This document shows, in pieces, positions 11,539 through 27,510 of a DNA stretch of 64,000 nt. The stretch is taken from assembly GCF_000315625.1 (NCBI RefSeq), contig NW_005434638.1, positions 123,692-187,691 of the forward strand. Reading direction: 5' to 3'. Numbering within the stretch: the first letter of the stretch is position 1; each line of letters opens with the position of its first letter. The position numbers and the translations under genes are program-made. The DNA comes from Guillardia theta CCMP2712 (taxonomy: Eukaryota; Protista; Cryptophyta). The notes under the pieces are model-generated. The model saw only the letters and a program-made list of their open reading frames with translations, searched no databases and had not been told where the DNA came from.

Positions 11539-13575
11539 GTCACTCGCTTGCCCTTCACCTCAAATGAACAATGATCCTCCAAGAAAGTCGCTGCTTAAAC
11601 CAGGCCGCAACCAAGTTGCATAGAGAGATCTAGCAATCATGAACAGTCAGTACACATGTTTACAACATATGCATATAATAATAGATCAATCGGACACATG
11701 TCCTAAACACTTGAAGATTGCCCTGTATGTAAAATATGCATGGATTTTCTGTGATACACAATAAAAAGAGTAGACATTCCACGGACTGCATAAAGGAGCA
11801 ATATCTACTGCTACCACACGGCATTTTCACTTGCAAATCATCCCCACTTCCTAAATTTCTGTGCTTGAATCAATTTTTCTCAGCCTCTTCTCTTTGGTTA
11901 AAACATTTTCCTGGGCATCCTTCTGTTCAGTATTGTGCTCCTCCCCTGCGTCACGATATCTCGTTCTATCCTCTTCACCGCGCCATGTGCGCTAATATCC
12001 AAACTGTATCAAAAACCACCCCTACCCCCTCCGACATTCCTCTCACCCCTGTTGCCCTTTTCGAAGACTGTTACTACCCCCCTCTGTTGGCTTGATCCTC
12101 GTCACGAAAATATCCCTGTATCCACCTATTCACCCTTTGTTGTACTACCCTACCCCCTTTTGAATTGAAAAATCTCGATGGGACCAAGAACCTACAAGAT
12201 GTACCTATCAAGTATGCTCCCACCACCCGCTGCTTCCTTACTTTACAACCCACCCACCCACTGTAAATATGTTTGTTCCCTGGTCCCCTCACCCCTGACC
12301 CCGTAGAGATCATGCGTCACCCTACCCCTGGTGTCCCTACCCGACCCCTACCATCCCACTATTCGGCCTCACCCCATAAAATTGGAGTTACCACACACCT
12401 CTTTAAAAAAACCATTTTATATGATAGTAATCCGCCTCAGGGATGGGCGCATCCAATTGTAAGGGTTAGTTACAATTTCAAATATTGGCAGCAACTTCTT
12501 GTACATATTTGAATATTTTCTGTACATTCTGCAAAACCACCCCCGACCCGGTTGAGAATGGATAAAGCCCTTTCAAGAGTACCCCACCCCTTTGTACCCA
12601 CTCTGCTGGAAATTATGAGGCCGTGATGAAATATAAAATATGATTTTTATAATTGTGAGCCCAAAGAGACAAACTGATTTTCATCCTCTGATTTCAAAAC
12701 AAATCTCCAGATTTTCGTGTGCTCAACGAAATTTTCAAATTTGTCTGCATCCACCGATCATCTTCTGAAAGGCCCTGACAGCACCACCCCCCTTTCAAGT
12801 CCCTTCCGACTAGAATAACTGTCTTATTTACTTGACCACTTTACTACCATCGGTGTAGATCACCCCATCATAACCTACTTATCACCCCTACTTCTAAATC
12901 CCTACTACCCCTCGTGCTTTTGTCTGACCCCAGTCCAACGGCTTTACTACATCAATGACTCTTTTTAGTTTTTATAATGTCAATGAGCGGTACAAATACA
13001 ATTTTTAGGCTTGATCTTTCGTGCGAAGGGTTGTTTAAAAGGTATTTTTCACTCAGTCGCTGACTGATCACGTTACCAGATGACTTGATTCCCGAGAGTG
13101 ACCTGACCAGTGACAGGCAGAAATGAGCAAAAAAAATGCACCGGGCCCGTGTGGTGGCCCGGCAGTCGCCGGGCCAATGACCCTCCGGTCGAACGAATTC
13201 CGCCGGCTTTCCGGGCCTCCGCCTGCGCCCGGGGCACTGAACTCCCGCACACCACATTCGTACTAGTAGTTTTTTCTGCCTTTACCAAAAAGTAACTCAA
13301 ACAACCTAGGCGGGCTGGATTTCATCCTGACAAGCCGCAATGCCAGATAATGGAGCGACCAAAACATGGCAAGAGACCATGTGAGACGGCGACCATGAGC
13401 TGATATGCTTGTTCATGATAACTTTGTCCTGTATCATGTCGCTACCTGCTCTTGTGGTAAGAGCCTAACCTGCCCTGCGCACCGCGCAGGGTGTGGATTC
13501 ATGCCACCCTGGTCGACATGGGCCACAGGCATTACCCGGATCGTCTTTCCGTCAACATAGTGAGGACAAGCTTAC

Positions 13576-15383
13576 ATGACGCGAGGTGCTGGGTTGCTCC
13601 TCTTCCACGTCTTTCTGTCATTGGTCAGCCATGCTCTGACAGCGTCTGTTGGGTATGGAAAGCAGAGCCCCATCGTCGATACCCCGAGCATGTCAAAGTT
13701 GCCTTCCAATCGCAACAAGAGATTTTACGACGAGCTTGGAAAGAAGATTGCGAATCTAGATGAGCATGATTTTGACAGATTTGTTCTCGGGGCATTCGAC
13801 ATCCTGAACCGACCATGCAAGATTGCCTTCTCGGACCTTGTCGAAAGCGTCCGGCTGATCCCTGCGGATCCCTGGCAGTTGCTCGGGGGCCCGTGGATGG
13901 TGAGAGACTCAGCTGTCTGCGAGTGGTTCTGGTCGAATCCCGCATGGGAACCGATGACGCAGGCGGGACCAGAATGCGAGAGGCTGCTGGTGCCACAGCA
14001 GATCCATTCCTTCCATCGGGCGGTAAAGCAATGTCCAGCAGGGGGGGTGGTTCAAGTCAGCGAGGGCTTGTACAGGTGAGCACGTAAGAGTCGCATGCCG
14101 CATGCTGACTGTGCTGCCCCTCAGGTGGGATGGGTCCATAAAGATTCGATCAGGATTGAAGCTCGAGAGCTTGGATGGCGGCGTGCACGTTGTTGGGCAA
14201 GAGAGTCCAGTGCTGATGGGACAGTGGCAGTTTGCTCAGGGTTCAGCAGGAAGTTTGAGGAGTGTCGGACTTGCAGGTGAGAAGGGCTCTTTGAATGAGG
14301 AGGAGATGCGGTTGTTGCGTCCTGATTGGACTCTTTGAAGCGAATCTCTCCCACGAGTCTGAGAGCTTGCTGGACATCCGCGCTGGGCCATGGAGGTTCC
14401 AGTGGTGCGAATGCCGAAGTGTAAGAGAGGTCGTGCTGTGATCATGGCAAGCTTGACTGGGACGTGTCGTCCAGGTGAAGGGGGAAGTGGTGAACGTTTG
14501 CTGTTTCGGAGAGGCGGACTTCAAGGAATGCACCTTGGCAGGGATGGGAGCTGAAGAGAATCTGCGCGCGTCAATGGGTACTCGTTCCTCCTCGTACCTG
14601 GTGGAGGAGCTGAAGGATGGTGCGACACAGGTGCGTTCGTGACGGACTGGGGGAATGTGAGGTTTGAACTGTGCTCCTTCTCCTCTTTCGGGCTGTTGGA
14701 CATCGGCCTAGGAGACGAAAACAACAATGCTGAGAAAACGCCCAAGTCTGAACAATCCACAGAGGAGAAGGATAAAGATGAGGAGGACGACGAGGACGAG
14801 GAAGAGGACGAGAGCGAGGACGAAGAAGAAAGTCTTGGGGATGCCGAAGAGGAGAATTTACAGTCAAACGATGATCAAAGGATTGGTGCCACCGATCGGT
14901 TGAAACTTGGTTTCGGCCTCTTCATTGATGGTGACGGCCATGTGCATTGTGTAAATAGTGAGTTTCTCCTCCTCAACCTTCCCTCCTCCTCCTCCTCCTC
15001 CTCCTCATCATCATCATCATCATCATCATCATCAACATCAACATCATCATCATCATCATCATCCCCATTTACACGATCGCCCGACCTTTCCCAATCTTCC
15101 TGCCCCAGTTCTGTTCTCAAAACTCTATCTTGTCTCTCGAATCCTTGCCTGTCCTCTCTGCTCTTCTCCTGCTGTTCACCTCTCGTCCCCAGGCTCTTTC
15201 TCGGACTGTCACGTCGGCATCGTCCTGATGGCAAACAGCTCGGCTGTTATTGCTCAGTCGACATTCCTCAAGGTATTCTCGATCGACTCACGCGTCCGCT
15301 ACGATGGTGATAGTTGCCAAAGGATGTCTCATTCGGAGCCTTCTATGCTGATGAACATTCGAACTCCACCCTCTGCATCATGA
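13576..15383 (+). CDS. Secreted/targeted protein with right-handed beta-helix (pectin-lyase-like) repeats and an acidic tract; 3' end uncertain
   Basis: Signal-like MTRGAGLLLFHVFLSLVSHALTA; beta-helix start IHSFHRAVKQCPAGGVVQVSEGLYR|WDGSIKI; repeated strands such as GPWRFQWCECRS, ADFKECTLAG and GNVRFELCSFS. Confidence 0.55.
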
Positions 15384-15518
15384 ACTGCAGGTCTGATGTC
15401 CCTAGTTTGGGCTCCTATTCCCTCCTCCTTCCGTCTTCTCCTACTTCTCCCTGATCCTCCCTTCTTTCCCCTTTCCTCCCGCCCTTCCGCCCTCCTTATT
15501 GATTCGTTATCATATCAG

Positions 15519-17388
15519 GGGGTATGGACAGACATGGGCCGGGCCTGAAAGACCGAAACATCTGAACGATTACTTGTTCGAAGGATTCAAGATTGTCGTT
15601 TCTCCTTTCGTCCCTGCCAATGACGAAGAGAGGATGGAGTACTACAGGATGGAGCAGGTGAGGGAGGAGGAGAGCAAAGAGATGAACTTACCCACAACTG
15701 GTAGGAAGTTGAGAGGAGCAAGGGAAAGGTTGTATGAATGATGCTGAGGTTCCAACTGAGTGAAACTTGTTCTGATCTAGTTTCGAAACACCTTCGATAG
15801 GGACAAGCTCGTGCAAGCCGATCCTTCTCTCTTCCCCTGCTCAGAGTAACCGAATGTTTCCTTCCCTCCCCTTGCTTTCTTCCTTTGCATCTCCTCTCCC
15901 TGCCTCGCTGTCCTCCTCCCCCGGTCGATCTTACTCCTCCACTTGCACTTGTAGTACCTTCCTCTGTCGCCCTGTTCTCGCCCTCTCTCCCGATTGAAGT
16001 AACAAGGAGTTGAGCAGCGAACATAAGTACGTGTATGACGTGAGAGAAGCTGCTCCTATCAACACAGAGCTTTACCCAATTAGCAAGGATGGCCTTCTAG
16101 CCCTTCCGCAGCGCTTCTATGTGAGTACCGAGGGCAAGGACAAGCAAGGCGTAAAGGGCGGGAGGGATATGCTGATTTTTACTTTCTACAGTTTCTCTCC
16201 AAGAAGCCGATCGCACTGACAGATGACCCTCGGAAGTTTCGCCATCCTAATCCGGACGAGTTTTGTTACAACTGTGATGTCGGTGTGCGGTACGTGCGAT
16301 CGGCTGATGGAGGGTTGAAGGCGGAAGGAAAGATCACCTGATGATGTGGTGCCCTGAAGGCCAGGTGATCCTTCCATCTCCTCGTTCCTTCCTACCCTCT
16401 TCTCCTGTATGCATATGTTCATGGTGTTATCAGCGCCCCATCGAGCACAGAGCTGTTCCCGTCGTCGACCCTTGGTTCCTATTCCTCCTCCTCCCTTTTT
16501 CACTTGTGAGGCTTTTCTGCACAAGCTTGGCGGAAGCCTGTGGGATCACAGCGGAGTTGCGGAAGCGACAGAAACAGCGTGCATGGAGGAGGTGAGAGGA
16601 CGGAGCATTGCGTGGCTCCTGCCTGGATATGCTGCTGACAACGCGGCAGGCGAAAGTACATGGCGAATGGGAGGCAGGTGGAACGACTTGTCAAGGACGT
16701 GAGCCTTGTAGAGATGAGCCGAAGTGGAAGAAATCACTCCTTTGCGTCTTCAGATTCACTTGCATCCTGAGATTGTCAAGCTCAACGGGTTTGACGACCA
16801 GAGAGCGACACCTTACAAGCTCACTGCCTGCACTCAGCAACATCAGCCAGGACGGCAGGCTGCCCAAGGTTCGGGAGAACAAACTCAACGGCAACATCGA
16901 ATGGTGACAAGACGCCGCATCTGGTCTCTTGACTCGTCTAATCAGGTACAACACAACCTCCAAGAAGTGGAAAAGCCTCCAGGTGCCCTGGCTGGGTCTC
17001 CCCGTTCAGACCGGACTCGTTCTAGAGAACGGTCGGTCGAGATCGTCCGCGGGAGTTAGAGGCTCTGAATCCACACCTTACCTTGCAGGTCATGAATATC
17101 TGTCCAAGGCAGATATCGTCCACCTCAACTTGCTGAGACGCAAGGACGGACTCAAGGTGCACATGGGGAGCTGAAACTTGACCATGGCCTTACTTGTTTC
17201 GTCGGCAGGCATTGACCGACGAAGAGTGGCAGACGGAGTATCCTCGTCTACGAGAGATCTACAAGGAGCATTCAGACTCAGAGGATGATTTCCGCTTGCT
17301 CTTCCCCAAAGAATTCTTCAACAAGTCCTCGTGGGACCAACTTCCCGTGTTCTACGACCAGGTCATCAACGGCCGCTTCGGAGCATGA
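15519..17388 (+). CDS. Hypothetical multi-exon coding region (separate gene or 3' part of the beta-helix gene)
   Basis: Chain of short coding-like segments bounded by AG/GT (GYGQTWAGPERPKHLND..., HKYVYDVREAAPINTELYP..., ALTDEEWQTEYPRL...GRFGA*). No recognisable family. Confidence 0.45.
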
Positions 17389-17586
17389 AAGCGGGGGAGA
17401 GCATGCAGTGCAGTAAACTCCCTGTGCTGCTATCGCCTGTCATTTCCTCCCTGCTCCGCCCTACACCATTTGTGCGAAAATCCAGTCCACCCCCACCCCC
17501 TCATCTTCGTTACATGACCCCACACATTCCTGCAAACCCCCCTTTATGTGTCGTAAGGAAAAGGGCGCAAGTTCGGATCCCTTGAC

Positions 17587-19386
<1,800 letters not shown>

Positions 19387-19431
19387 GCCTCCGGACTCAA
19401 GCTGAGCACTAGCTAGAGTCAGTGAACATCG

Positions 19432-19511
19432 AGTTCATCGGATCATAAACCCCGCATCATAAACTGGTGATCCGATGAACTGAAAGTTCACCAGTTCATG
19501 GGATCATAAAC
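19432..19511. repeat. 14-bp inverted repeat plus a third direct copy downstream of the allantoicase stop
   Basis: AGTTCATCGGATCA (19432-19445) pairs with TGATCCGATGAACT (19468-19481); near-identical direct copy AGTTCATGGGATCATAAAC at 19493-19511. Confidence 0.8.
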
Positions 19512-19614
19512 GCTGCCGCTCACAGGCTGACCACTGAAAGCCTAGCCGGGTACCCGCCGGGCCGCTATCATGGCATGAGACGATTGAAGGCCGAGAAGGT
19601 TGAAGTAGTAGTCA

Positions 19615-19653
19615 CTAGCGGCGGTCGCGGGCCCGGCCCGGCCGGGCCGGGCC
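19615..19653 (-). mobile_element. Candidate Helitron-type 3' terminus (GC palindrome + 11 nt + CTAG)
   Basis: Perfect 24-nt palindrome GGCCCGGCCCGGCCGGGCCGGGCC at 19630-19653. On the minus strand it is followed by 11 nt, then CTAG (19618-19615), then T. No 5' end identified. Confidence 0.4.
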
Positions 19654-21041
19654 GGGCCGGGCCTCACTGGACCCCTGAACTCCCAATCAGCTCAAGCGTC
19701 AAGTCTCGAAGTAGTAGACGAACCGCGTTGACCCACGTAGTCCGTTTTTTCTTTGTCGCGTTGACCCTTTCACAGCCCACATCAGGAGCACCCTACCCCC
19801 ACAATTGTGACTCCCAATGCCAGGATTGTACCCGTACTTCTAAACTACCTCACCCACCCCCACCTGTTAGCCTCACATTGCAAATTTTGAACCCGTTCCG
19901 TGGGGCCCTGCACTATTGAGGTGGTGGTCTTAAATTGAGATTCTTCACCTAAGATTTGAGTTAATCTTGAACGATTTTGGGATCAAAAGTCAATTTATGG
20001 TAACTCACCCATAAAATTAAAAGCTTCACCTGTCAATTCTTGGTTCCCAATTTAGAACGTTCGTGCCTTCTTCTTCAATTTAAGATCAAACACCCACCCC
20101 TCTTTTTACATGTCTTTTCACCCTTCAAAGGACCGTACTATATACACATCCCCCACCCTATCGTTACACTGCAACTTCACCCTACCCCTCATTGATCCAC
20201 ATCTCACGGCCCTACATTTGTTCACCCCTGCCTGATGCCCTACCGTACCCCCTTTATTTCCCACCCTCGTGGTACTTTTTTGCCTCAACCCCCCTCCCAC
20301 CCGTACCTCCACCACCCCCTACCCCAGGCCATGCCTGTTAACACTGCCTAGCCTCCAAATCTTGCACAACGCATACCCCTACCCTACTTTGCTCTATGTT
20401 ACCACCCTCTCGTTACAGGCTGCTGTCTGCTTCAATATCTTTTGCTAGCTACCTTCTTTATACCACCCCTCCTTTTTAGACGAAATCACCCTTGTTTCCT
20501 TTCGTTACCATACTGATCACCCCCACCCCCACCACCCGCTCAGGTATCCACCTACCCCATTCCCAATCCTCGCCCCGTCGTCCTACCGGTAGCCATGGTG
20601 CTCGCCTCGGCGCGCCCCGCCAGGTTCATACGATGGCCTCCAGTGTTGAGTGCGCAGGACTTGATGCGCTGTCTGCTTGAAGACTTGTTCGTCCTCCCTG
20701 CTACTCGATCCTTCCTGGCCTCCTATCTGCCTTTTGTTCACGATTGATTATTGCGATACAGCCAATTTCTATCTATGATGTGTAATGATCATGGTAGAGG
20801 TTTCTGTGTATTCTTCAAACACTGTCTTTGCACCATGAGAAGCTGTGAAACAGGAGCTCTGGAGAATTTTTATTTCTGTTTGCTATCCAGTTGTCGTTGC
20901 AAATATTGCTTCATGGCCGAGATCTGGTGTTGTATCTCGCGCTGTTCGTGAACCTAGATTCCTTGTTGCATGCATGCGAGTCATCACCAGGCAAGCGGAT
21001 AGAGTTCAAAGCTGACTTTTATTTTCAGGTCTCCTCCACAA

Positions 21042-22528
21042 ATGGATGATAATCTGTCTGACGATCAGTTTGCTGGAGGAATAGACTTGGGTAACGGTAT
21101 GTCATTTGTCCCCTATCCCTGATCTGAGCTCAATCAACAGATGCATGTCTTTCTGAGGATAACGACGATCAATACAACAACGCAAAAATTTTTGTGGGTG
21201 GACTGAATCCTAGTACAACCGATGAACAACTTTACTCATACTTCAGTCGATTCGGTTGAATTTGCTCCACATGTAACTTGAAAGTTCTCACTTCATTTTT
21301 TCTTTTAGGTGAAGTTGTATCCAGCAAAGTCATGTTTAGTCGTGATACAGGAAACTCGCGCAGGTTATTCTACGATTGTTACCTTGATTGATGTACGCTG
21401 ATGCTCTGGAGTAGATTCGGGTTTGCTGTATTCCAAAGCCCATACGTAGCACAAAAAGTGTGTGAAATGCAGACTCATGAACTTTGCGGGTAGCTCTGAG
21501 ACAACGATTGGTTTTGATCTCACAGAAACCCCAGGTATAAAGTTGAAACACGCCTTGCTGTGCCAAGCAATCGGATGAAGAAGGCTACAACTTCTTCTGA
21601 GACTTGTAGGGAGTCTTCCAGGCTAGCAAGACAAGTGTTTGTCGGAGGCCTCCCAACAGATGTTACACCCCCCATATTTCGCGAGTGGGCAGAGCAAACC
21701 TTTCCTGGGAGGGTTGTCAATGCTGTTCTCGTAGTCGACAGATTGACTCACACGAAATCACGTGGCTTTGGATTTGTTACCTTTGATGCTCGTGACATGG
21801 TTGAAAGCGCAGCTTCAGTCAGGATGCTTCCTTTTGCTGACAGATTCGTGGAGGTGAAGAAGGCTGAAAATATGGCGCTCAAACAAAAAGGTTCAACCAA
21901 GTTTGATTTGCCCAAATCTCCAGTTGTTCGAATCTCACCGAGTGGAAATCGTATTGAAACACCAAACGGTCGCCCCAAAACCCTGGGAGCGATCCAGAAC
22001 TCAGATGGACAGGAGGTCGACTCAAAGTTGAATTCAATGTTCCAAGAGATGGGTCTCGGAGATCCTCAATTAAAGTCCAAATGGACAAAACCTGCAACCA
22101 AACCAGGAAAGAAGGAACAGACTTTGAGCGGAATGATGGAAAGCCAGTCTCCTGTTCCTCTTCCACAAGACAATGTAATGGAACAGACTATGGAACCCAA
22201 GATTCCGATGGATCAGCAATCGACTAAGCCAAACCCCATCGGATCTTGGAACATGAATCAAAGGAGTCCCTTGCAGCACCTCAGCAACGACAACCAGCTT
22301 CATTTATCCCCGACTGCGACTGGGCAGCCCAACGTTTCGAACCTATGGTCGATGCAACCGACTCACCACCACCATCAGCTGGCGTCGGATAACGACCTCA
22401 TCTTCGATGTCGTCAAGATGGCTCTGCAAGGGAGCGAAGAAGACAGCTCGCTTGCCAGCACATGGAGCTCTTCGTCACAAGGAAACATCTGGGGCGCATT
22501 TGATCAAACAGTACTGCACGGCATTTAA
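21042..22528 (+). CDS. Two-RRM RNA-binding protein (Musashi/hnRNP A-like); true start may lie upstream
   Basis: RRM1 KIFVGGLNPSTTDEQLYSYFSRFG...RFGFAVF over short exons; RRM2 VFVGGLP...KSRGFGFVTF; low-complexity Q/N/P/S tail. Confidence 0.85.
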
Positions 22529-22586
22529 TTGGTTTTTTGAAGATGGAGCCCAGACCCTTTCACTAGCCAAGCTCTTTTCAATTCTT

Positions 22587-25500
22587 TCAACCATCAGTAA
22601 TAGTTGAGTAACGTGAGAAGCTTACACGGAAATCGGATTTTAACAACTTATTAGCGTTAATCAGTAAACCAGTCCTGAATTTTTCATGATCTAGGAATTT
22701 CTCGCACACCTCGGACATTTCCCACTTGAGTTCAATCTTTCTCGCCTCTTGAAAATCTTGCATTCTGAGCACTTCGCCATCATCCATCTAGAAGTTTCAA
22801 AACCTCGATTGCCGTCATGATACGCTTGGTTGTCGCCGTCTGCTTCAGATCGACTATTGGAAGCATTGACGGCAGGACTGAAAGCAATTTCAAACTCTGA
22901 GGGTCACGACTGACAACACACTTACCCTGATCGCCTTGTGGACGAGTTGACGAAGGTTGTGACGTCACACCAAAAGAGGAAGAAAGTCTCTCTCGTCCTG
23001 AGGCAACACATCACTCGCTGCCTGCCAGCCTCTTGGTCTCCGACCTCGACTCTCGATTTTGCTTGCAGATTTCTGCTAAACGTTTCAACCTGCTGTGAAG
23101 GTGAACAAGAGGTCTGAATGGCATGGTGTCTGACAAGACCATTCGTTCTTGGACGAGTCTTTGTGCTTCAACGACTTGATGGGTTTTGAGCTGTCAACCT
23201 TCTCATTAATCCGCACGACCATGATACTTACTCACCCTTGCCCAGCAGAGCCCCTCCTGTCGTCTGCTTCGACTCGAGACTCCTCAAACTCTAGCAGACC
23301 CAACGCCGAAGAAATCGAGCTGGAGTCGTGCTCGATCGTGCGTGATGTATCTAGACAGCAAGTCAAAGTCGAACATCGCCCAAGTTGCAAGGAGCACCGC
23401 TATCCACCAGGTCATGCGAACTGACAAAGTCATCGATCTGGAAGTGATTGAAGTCTCCTAGCATCTCACAGTCGGATATGGTGGGATGAATCTGTCGGAG
23501 GTAGGAGGACGGATGCCGCGCCTGCCGTGCAATGTTTACTGAAGTTCGTCGTGAACGCATGCTCGACCTGGGAGATTAATGACTCGGCTAACGCCAGCGC
23601 CTTGTCGTTGGCGTTGTAGTTCTGAATCATCCAAGTGCTGCGTCCAGGTAAGAAAGGGGGGGTATCGGGGAGCAAGCTTGCTCACGGGCGTATCAGCAGC
23701 CTGACGTTGATGCAGTCGCTGATGTACACAGATGCGATGTCGAACCTATCCTGAGGCTCGTTCAAGACCTGCGCAATGGTGTGCAGGACTTCCAGCTTCC
23801 ATCCATTCAGCAGGTCGTTATCCAGCACGAACGGGACGATGTCTTCTGCGAACGTGACGTTGACAGCCACAGGTGTGTCCTTAGGAGAAGATGGTCGAGC
23901 CCCTGGATGAGTTCAGTCAGCCATCAAGTCTTGCCATGGATGGAGACCGCAACCTGATTGCTGATGGGATGTGCTGTTGTGTGCAGCCAAGTTGATGAGA
24001 ACTTGAGTTGGCTCGCCGGTCTCGCCCATGATTGATTCATTCTTCTCGTTTCTCACCTCGAATGCCTTCCAGGCCGGATATTGATGGCCCAGGAGCATGA
24101 TGGATCGTTCTTTCACGTTTTCGTTACTTTCACGAATCACAGATTGATTGAAGGTGTGCTGTTGAGATGAAAGCAGACCCTGTTTCACTTGAATACTTTC
24201 GTAAACAGCAGCTTTGTCTATTTGCACCTGACGACTCGTTACTTCTGCACTTCCCATCACCGCAGAGCTTTTACCTTCCCTATCTCGTAGTGGACATTGT
24301 TCTGTGGCTTACAGACAATCGTTGCCACCAAACAGTCTGAATTGTTCTTGAGCAAGAAGCGAAAAGTTTCATTGAACAGGATTTCTTCTCGGTAGATCCT
24401 GGACTTGGTATACTTCCGATCATCTCCGCATTCAACTTGCACGTAAATCTTTGACCCAAAAGGGACCAAGGGAATGTTCTTGCAAGCGATGACACTCATA
24501 TCGAAGACCACATCGTGGGTCCCATCCTGATGCTGCATCAGTCCAGAGCTCGGAGAGGAGGGGTCGTCTGGAGCAATTATCTCTTCTGCCCTCCCATTTT
24601 TGGCACGGGATGGTACCTAGAAACACAAAGGTTTCAATCGTTATGAGCAAACTTTCACTACTATTGAGATCGCAAGCACCGGGTCGAACTGCACGGACAC
24701 GTCGAGATACGAGCTCAACTTCTCCTTTGACTTGAGTTCCATCCTTGATAGAGGCATCAGTCTTGAGCCTTACAGATGCACACCAGCACTCACCCGTTGA
24801 GGCCCAAGAGCTTCAGCCCGATGGTCTGATCTTGCTGCGAGAGGTTCCCTAGGGGAGGGTCAACGAGGTCCCGAGCAGGAGCTTTCTCACCGTTCTTTGA
24901 CAGGTAGAGCTCCACGTCACTGACGTCGATAGCAGCTTCTCCTAGTATCAAGATGTTGCCATTGGAGTTGGATTGGATGACCTTCACTCAAGTCACTTCC
25001 TCACTCGAAACCCCACCTGCTACCTGTATCAATATTCTTTCGCTCGAGTTCACATCTTTGATGAATGATTCATTCCACACGGTTCTGTCACGTGTTGATT
25101 GTTGTTTCTTAGTCTCAAAAGCGCATTCGTTTCCGATGTGTACCCGACAATGGAGAAGTGTATCTCTGGACATCAACATCGGTTGATTGCAGCATTGGAT
25201 AACATTAATCTTTAGATTTTTTCGCGTGTTGGTTTGGATTTCTTCCCGCTTTTTGTTCCCTTTCGATTTCCCCAGCGGCATAAATTCTTGAATTCCGAAC
25301 AACAACTTTGCCGCGTTGAACAGCTTGAAAGCGATTTTGATGCATGGGCTACATTGGCTTGGTTCTGACAGCTGATCTTGACTTTTGCTTCTCTCAGACA
25401 GCTTGAAAGTCATAAAGATTTCATCTTGCACGACATCAGCACCATCATTAACTAGAATCGAGTACAAAATGTCGGCCATGGAAATTCGAACGCTCCCGAT

Positions 25501-27510
25501 CGCACGCAACTCCTTTGCTGTCTCGATGAGAAAGATTCGAAACTCTTGATACACATCTGCTTCCAAGATGTATTCTCTTGAAGACGACGAGGCATATGCC
25601 TCGTCTAGGGTCTTGTGGATTGTTTTCTTCCCCGCATTCAACACAAGAATCGGCACCGACTGGTCTGAGAAGTGGTCCCAATCGCAGATCTTGATCTTGA
25701 TAGCGATGGAATACTTGCATACACGAGACAAAATCTCTCGGAATTCACACTTCAAGGCGTTTTCAGTTGTTCGGTCGCTCGAGTATTCAAGCAGGAAGTG
25801 GATTGTAGGCTCCTCCGTCCTGGAGGCATCCTTGTCCTTTGCAAACCCGAAGTCCAACATATACTGTACTTGTTCTAACCCACTGTTGCATTCTCCGACA
25901 TATTCAAGTAAATCTTCGCTCTTGATTTCGGTACTTCCTTGACCAGGAAATGAAATAATGATTCGACCAATTTGTTGCAAGTACCCAATAGAAATCTTCT
26001 TTTCAACCATCTTGCAGAATTCTGGTGAGATTTCATACTTTCCCTTGACCAATCCTGCACGATCATATACTTTGATTTGGACCAAAGAATGCTCATTCCA
26101 TATGTAACTTGGAATGTTAGTTATGGTGGTTATCTATGTTGCAATTATCAGTTCACATCGAGAATAAGACAAGAAAGATAACCGAGATATGTGTATTCAA
26201 AGCATATTCTTGATTGCTGTACACGTTAATCGTCGTCAAGATTCGACAGAAATTTTTCAAATAGAGCATTTCATACCTGTGATGGAAATTTGTTGACGAA
26301 ACCATCTTGTTGTTCGTGATTCTATCGATTTGATCTGAAAGATCCTTCTCATTCTCTCATCGTTCAATGGAATTTTGTTGAAGTTCTACCTTTGGCTGTA
26401 GTGGAAGATTGAGGTCGTACATCACTCACATTCATAACTCTACAACATAATGTAACATGTGCTGTTTCGCCATATTTGTCTTCTAGTTTTTCGCCATTTC
26501 CCTTGGAGAGTGCATACCTGAGATTCGAATTGTCAGCTGATACCCCCGGTATGTAATCAGCGATACGTAAAGATTGAAAAGCGTTCACATGACATACCTT
26601 CTTGATCCTGCAAACGAATCGCATATGCTTGCATTGGAATGCGCAAAGTGAAGTCCATTCACAACGGAATGGACATCCTGAAAGTCTTGAGCGATGGTAG
26701 AAACTGGGAGTCTTAATGAACCTATTGCATCACATCAGTACAATAGGGCGAGAAGATGTAACGGATTGACCGATCATATCGTCCTTGTACGTCGAATTCC
26801 ATTTCCACAGAATGATTGAGATGCTGTCGTCTTCTTGCATGGTAAATTCAAAGCTTTCAAACCAGAGGGGACACCCAAGGAATTGTTCCCTTTCTGTATT
26901 GAAGTGATGATCTTGACTATGCAGCGAGAAAAACCTGGACTTGATCGTCACTTTCGGGCTGAAAACGTTAAAACGTACAGTTCAGCAGGCTTGAGGTCTT
27001 CAGGGATTGGAATGTTACTTGCTGACAGGATCATAACCCTAAGAGACATGTATCTGTTGAATCGAGGACTATCTGTCGTCCTTCCTACAACCAATTCACT
27101 TCTCTGTTGTTGACTCCCCATGTTGTGTGCTGTTTCCTAGTGGGCAGACCAAATTCAGTGATTCCGCCACTAGAGCGCAATGCCAAGATTACCTGTACAC
27201 TATTTGAAAGAGTTTCACCTGCCTTTCCTCCCCTCAGGATATGGCGCCATTGTTCTGCCACATCCATGGACTGGAAGAAGAAAGAGACATGTTCGAATCT
27301 AGCGGGATTTACCAGCACAAGCTTGTTCTTCTTGCTGTATCGTTCATCAATCATCCAAGAAGACAGTTCGAAGGATTCGGCATCTTCAACAGAGTATTCA
27401 TTCTTGTTCAGCATGACAATCTTGCCTGGCAGCATCTCGATGATCGAGTCCTTCTCTCCTCCCCCGCCTATCCCTCGCGCTGCCTTCACTTCCTCCCTCA
27501 TCCGCGACAT
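22587..27510 (-). CDS. Large multi-exon multi-C2-domain protein (possible N-terminal PH-like region)
   Basis: At least three C2-like units: LRVMILSASNIP...PLWFESFEF...DDMIGQ; LKINVIQCCN...TVWNESF; FDMSVIACKNIP...ILFNETFRF...EIGKV. Consecutive minus-strand ORFs are separated by short intron-sized gaps. Confidence 0.65.
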
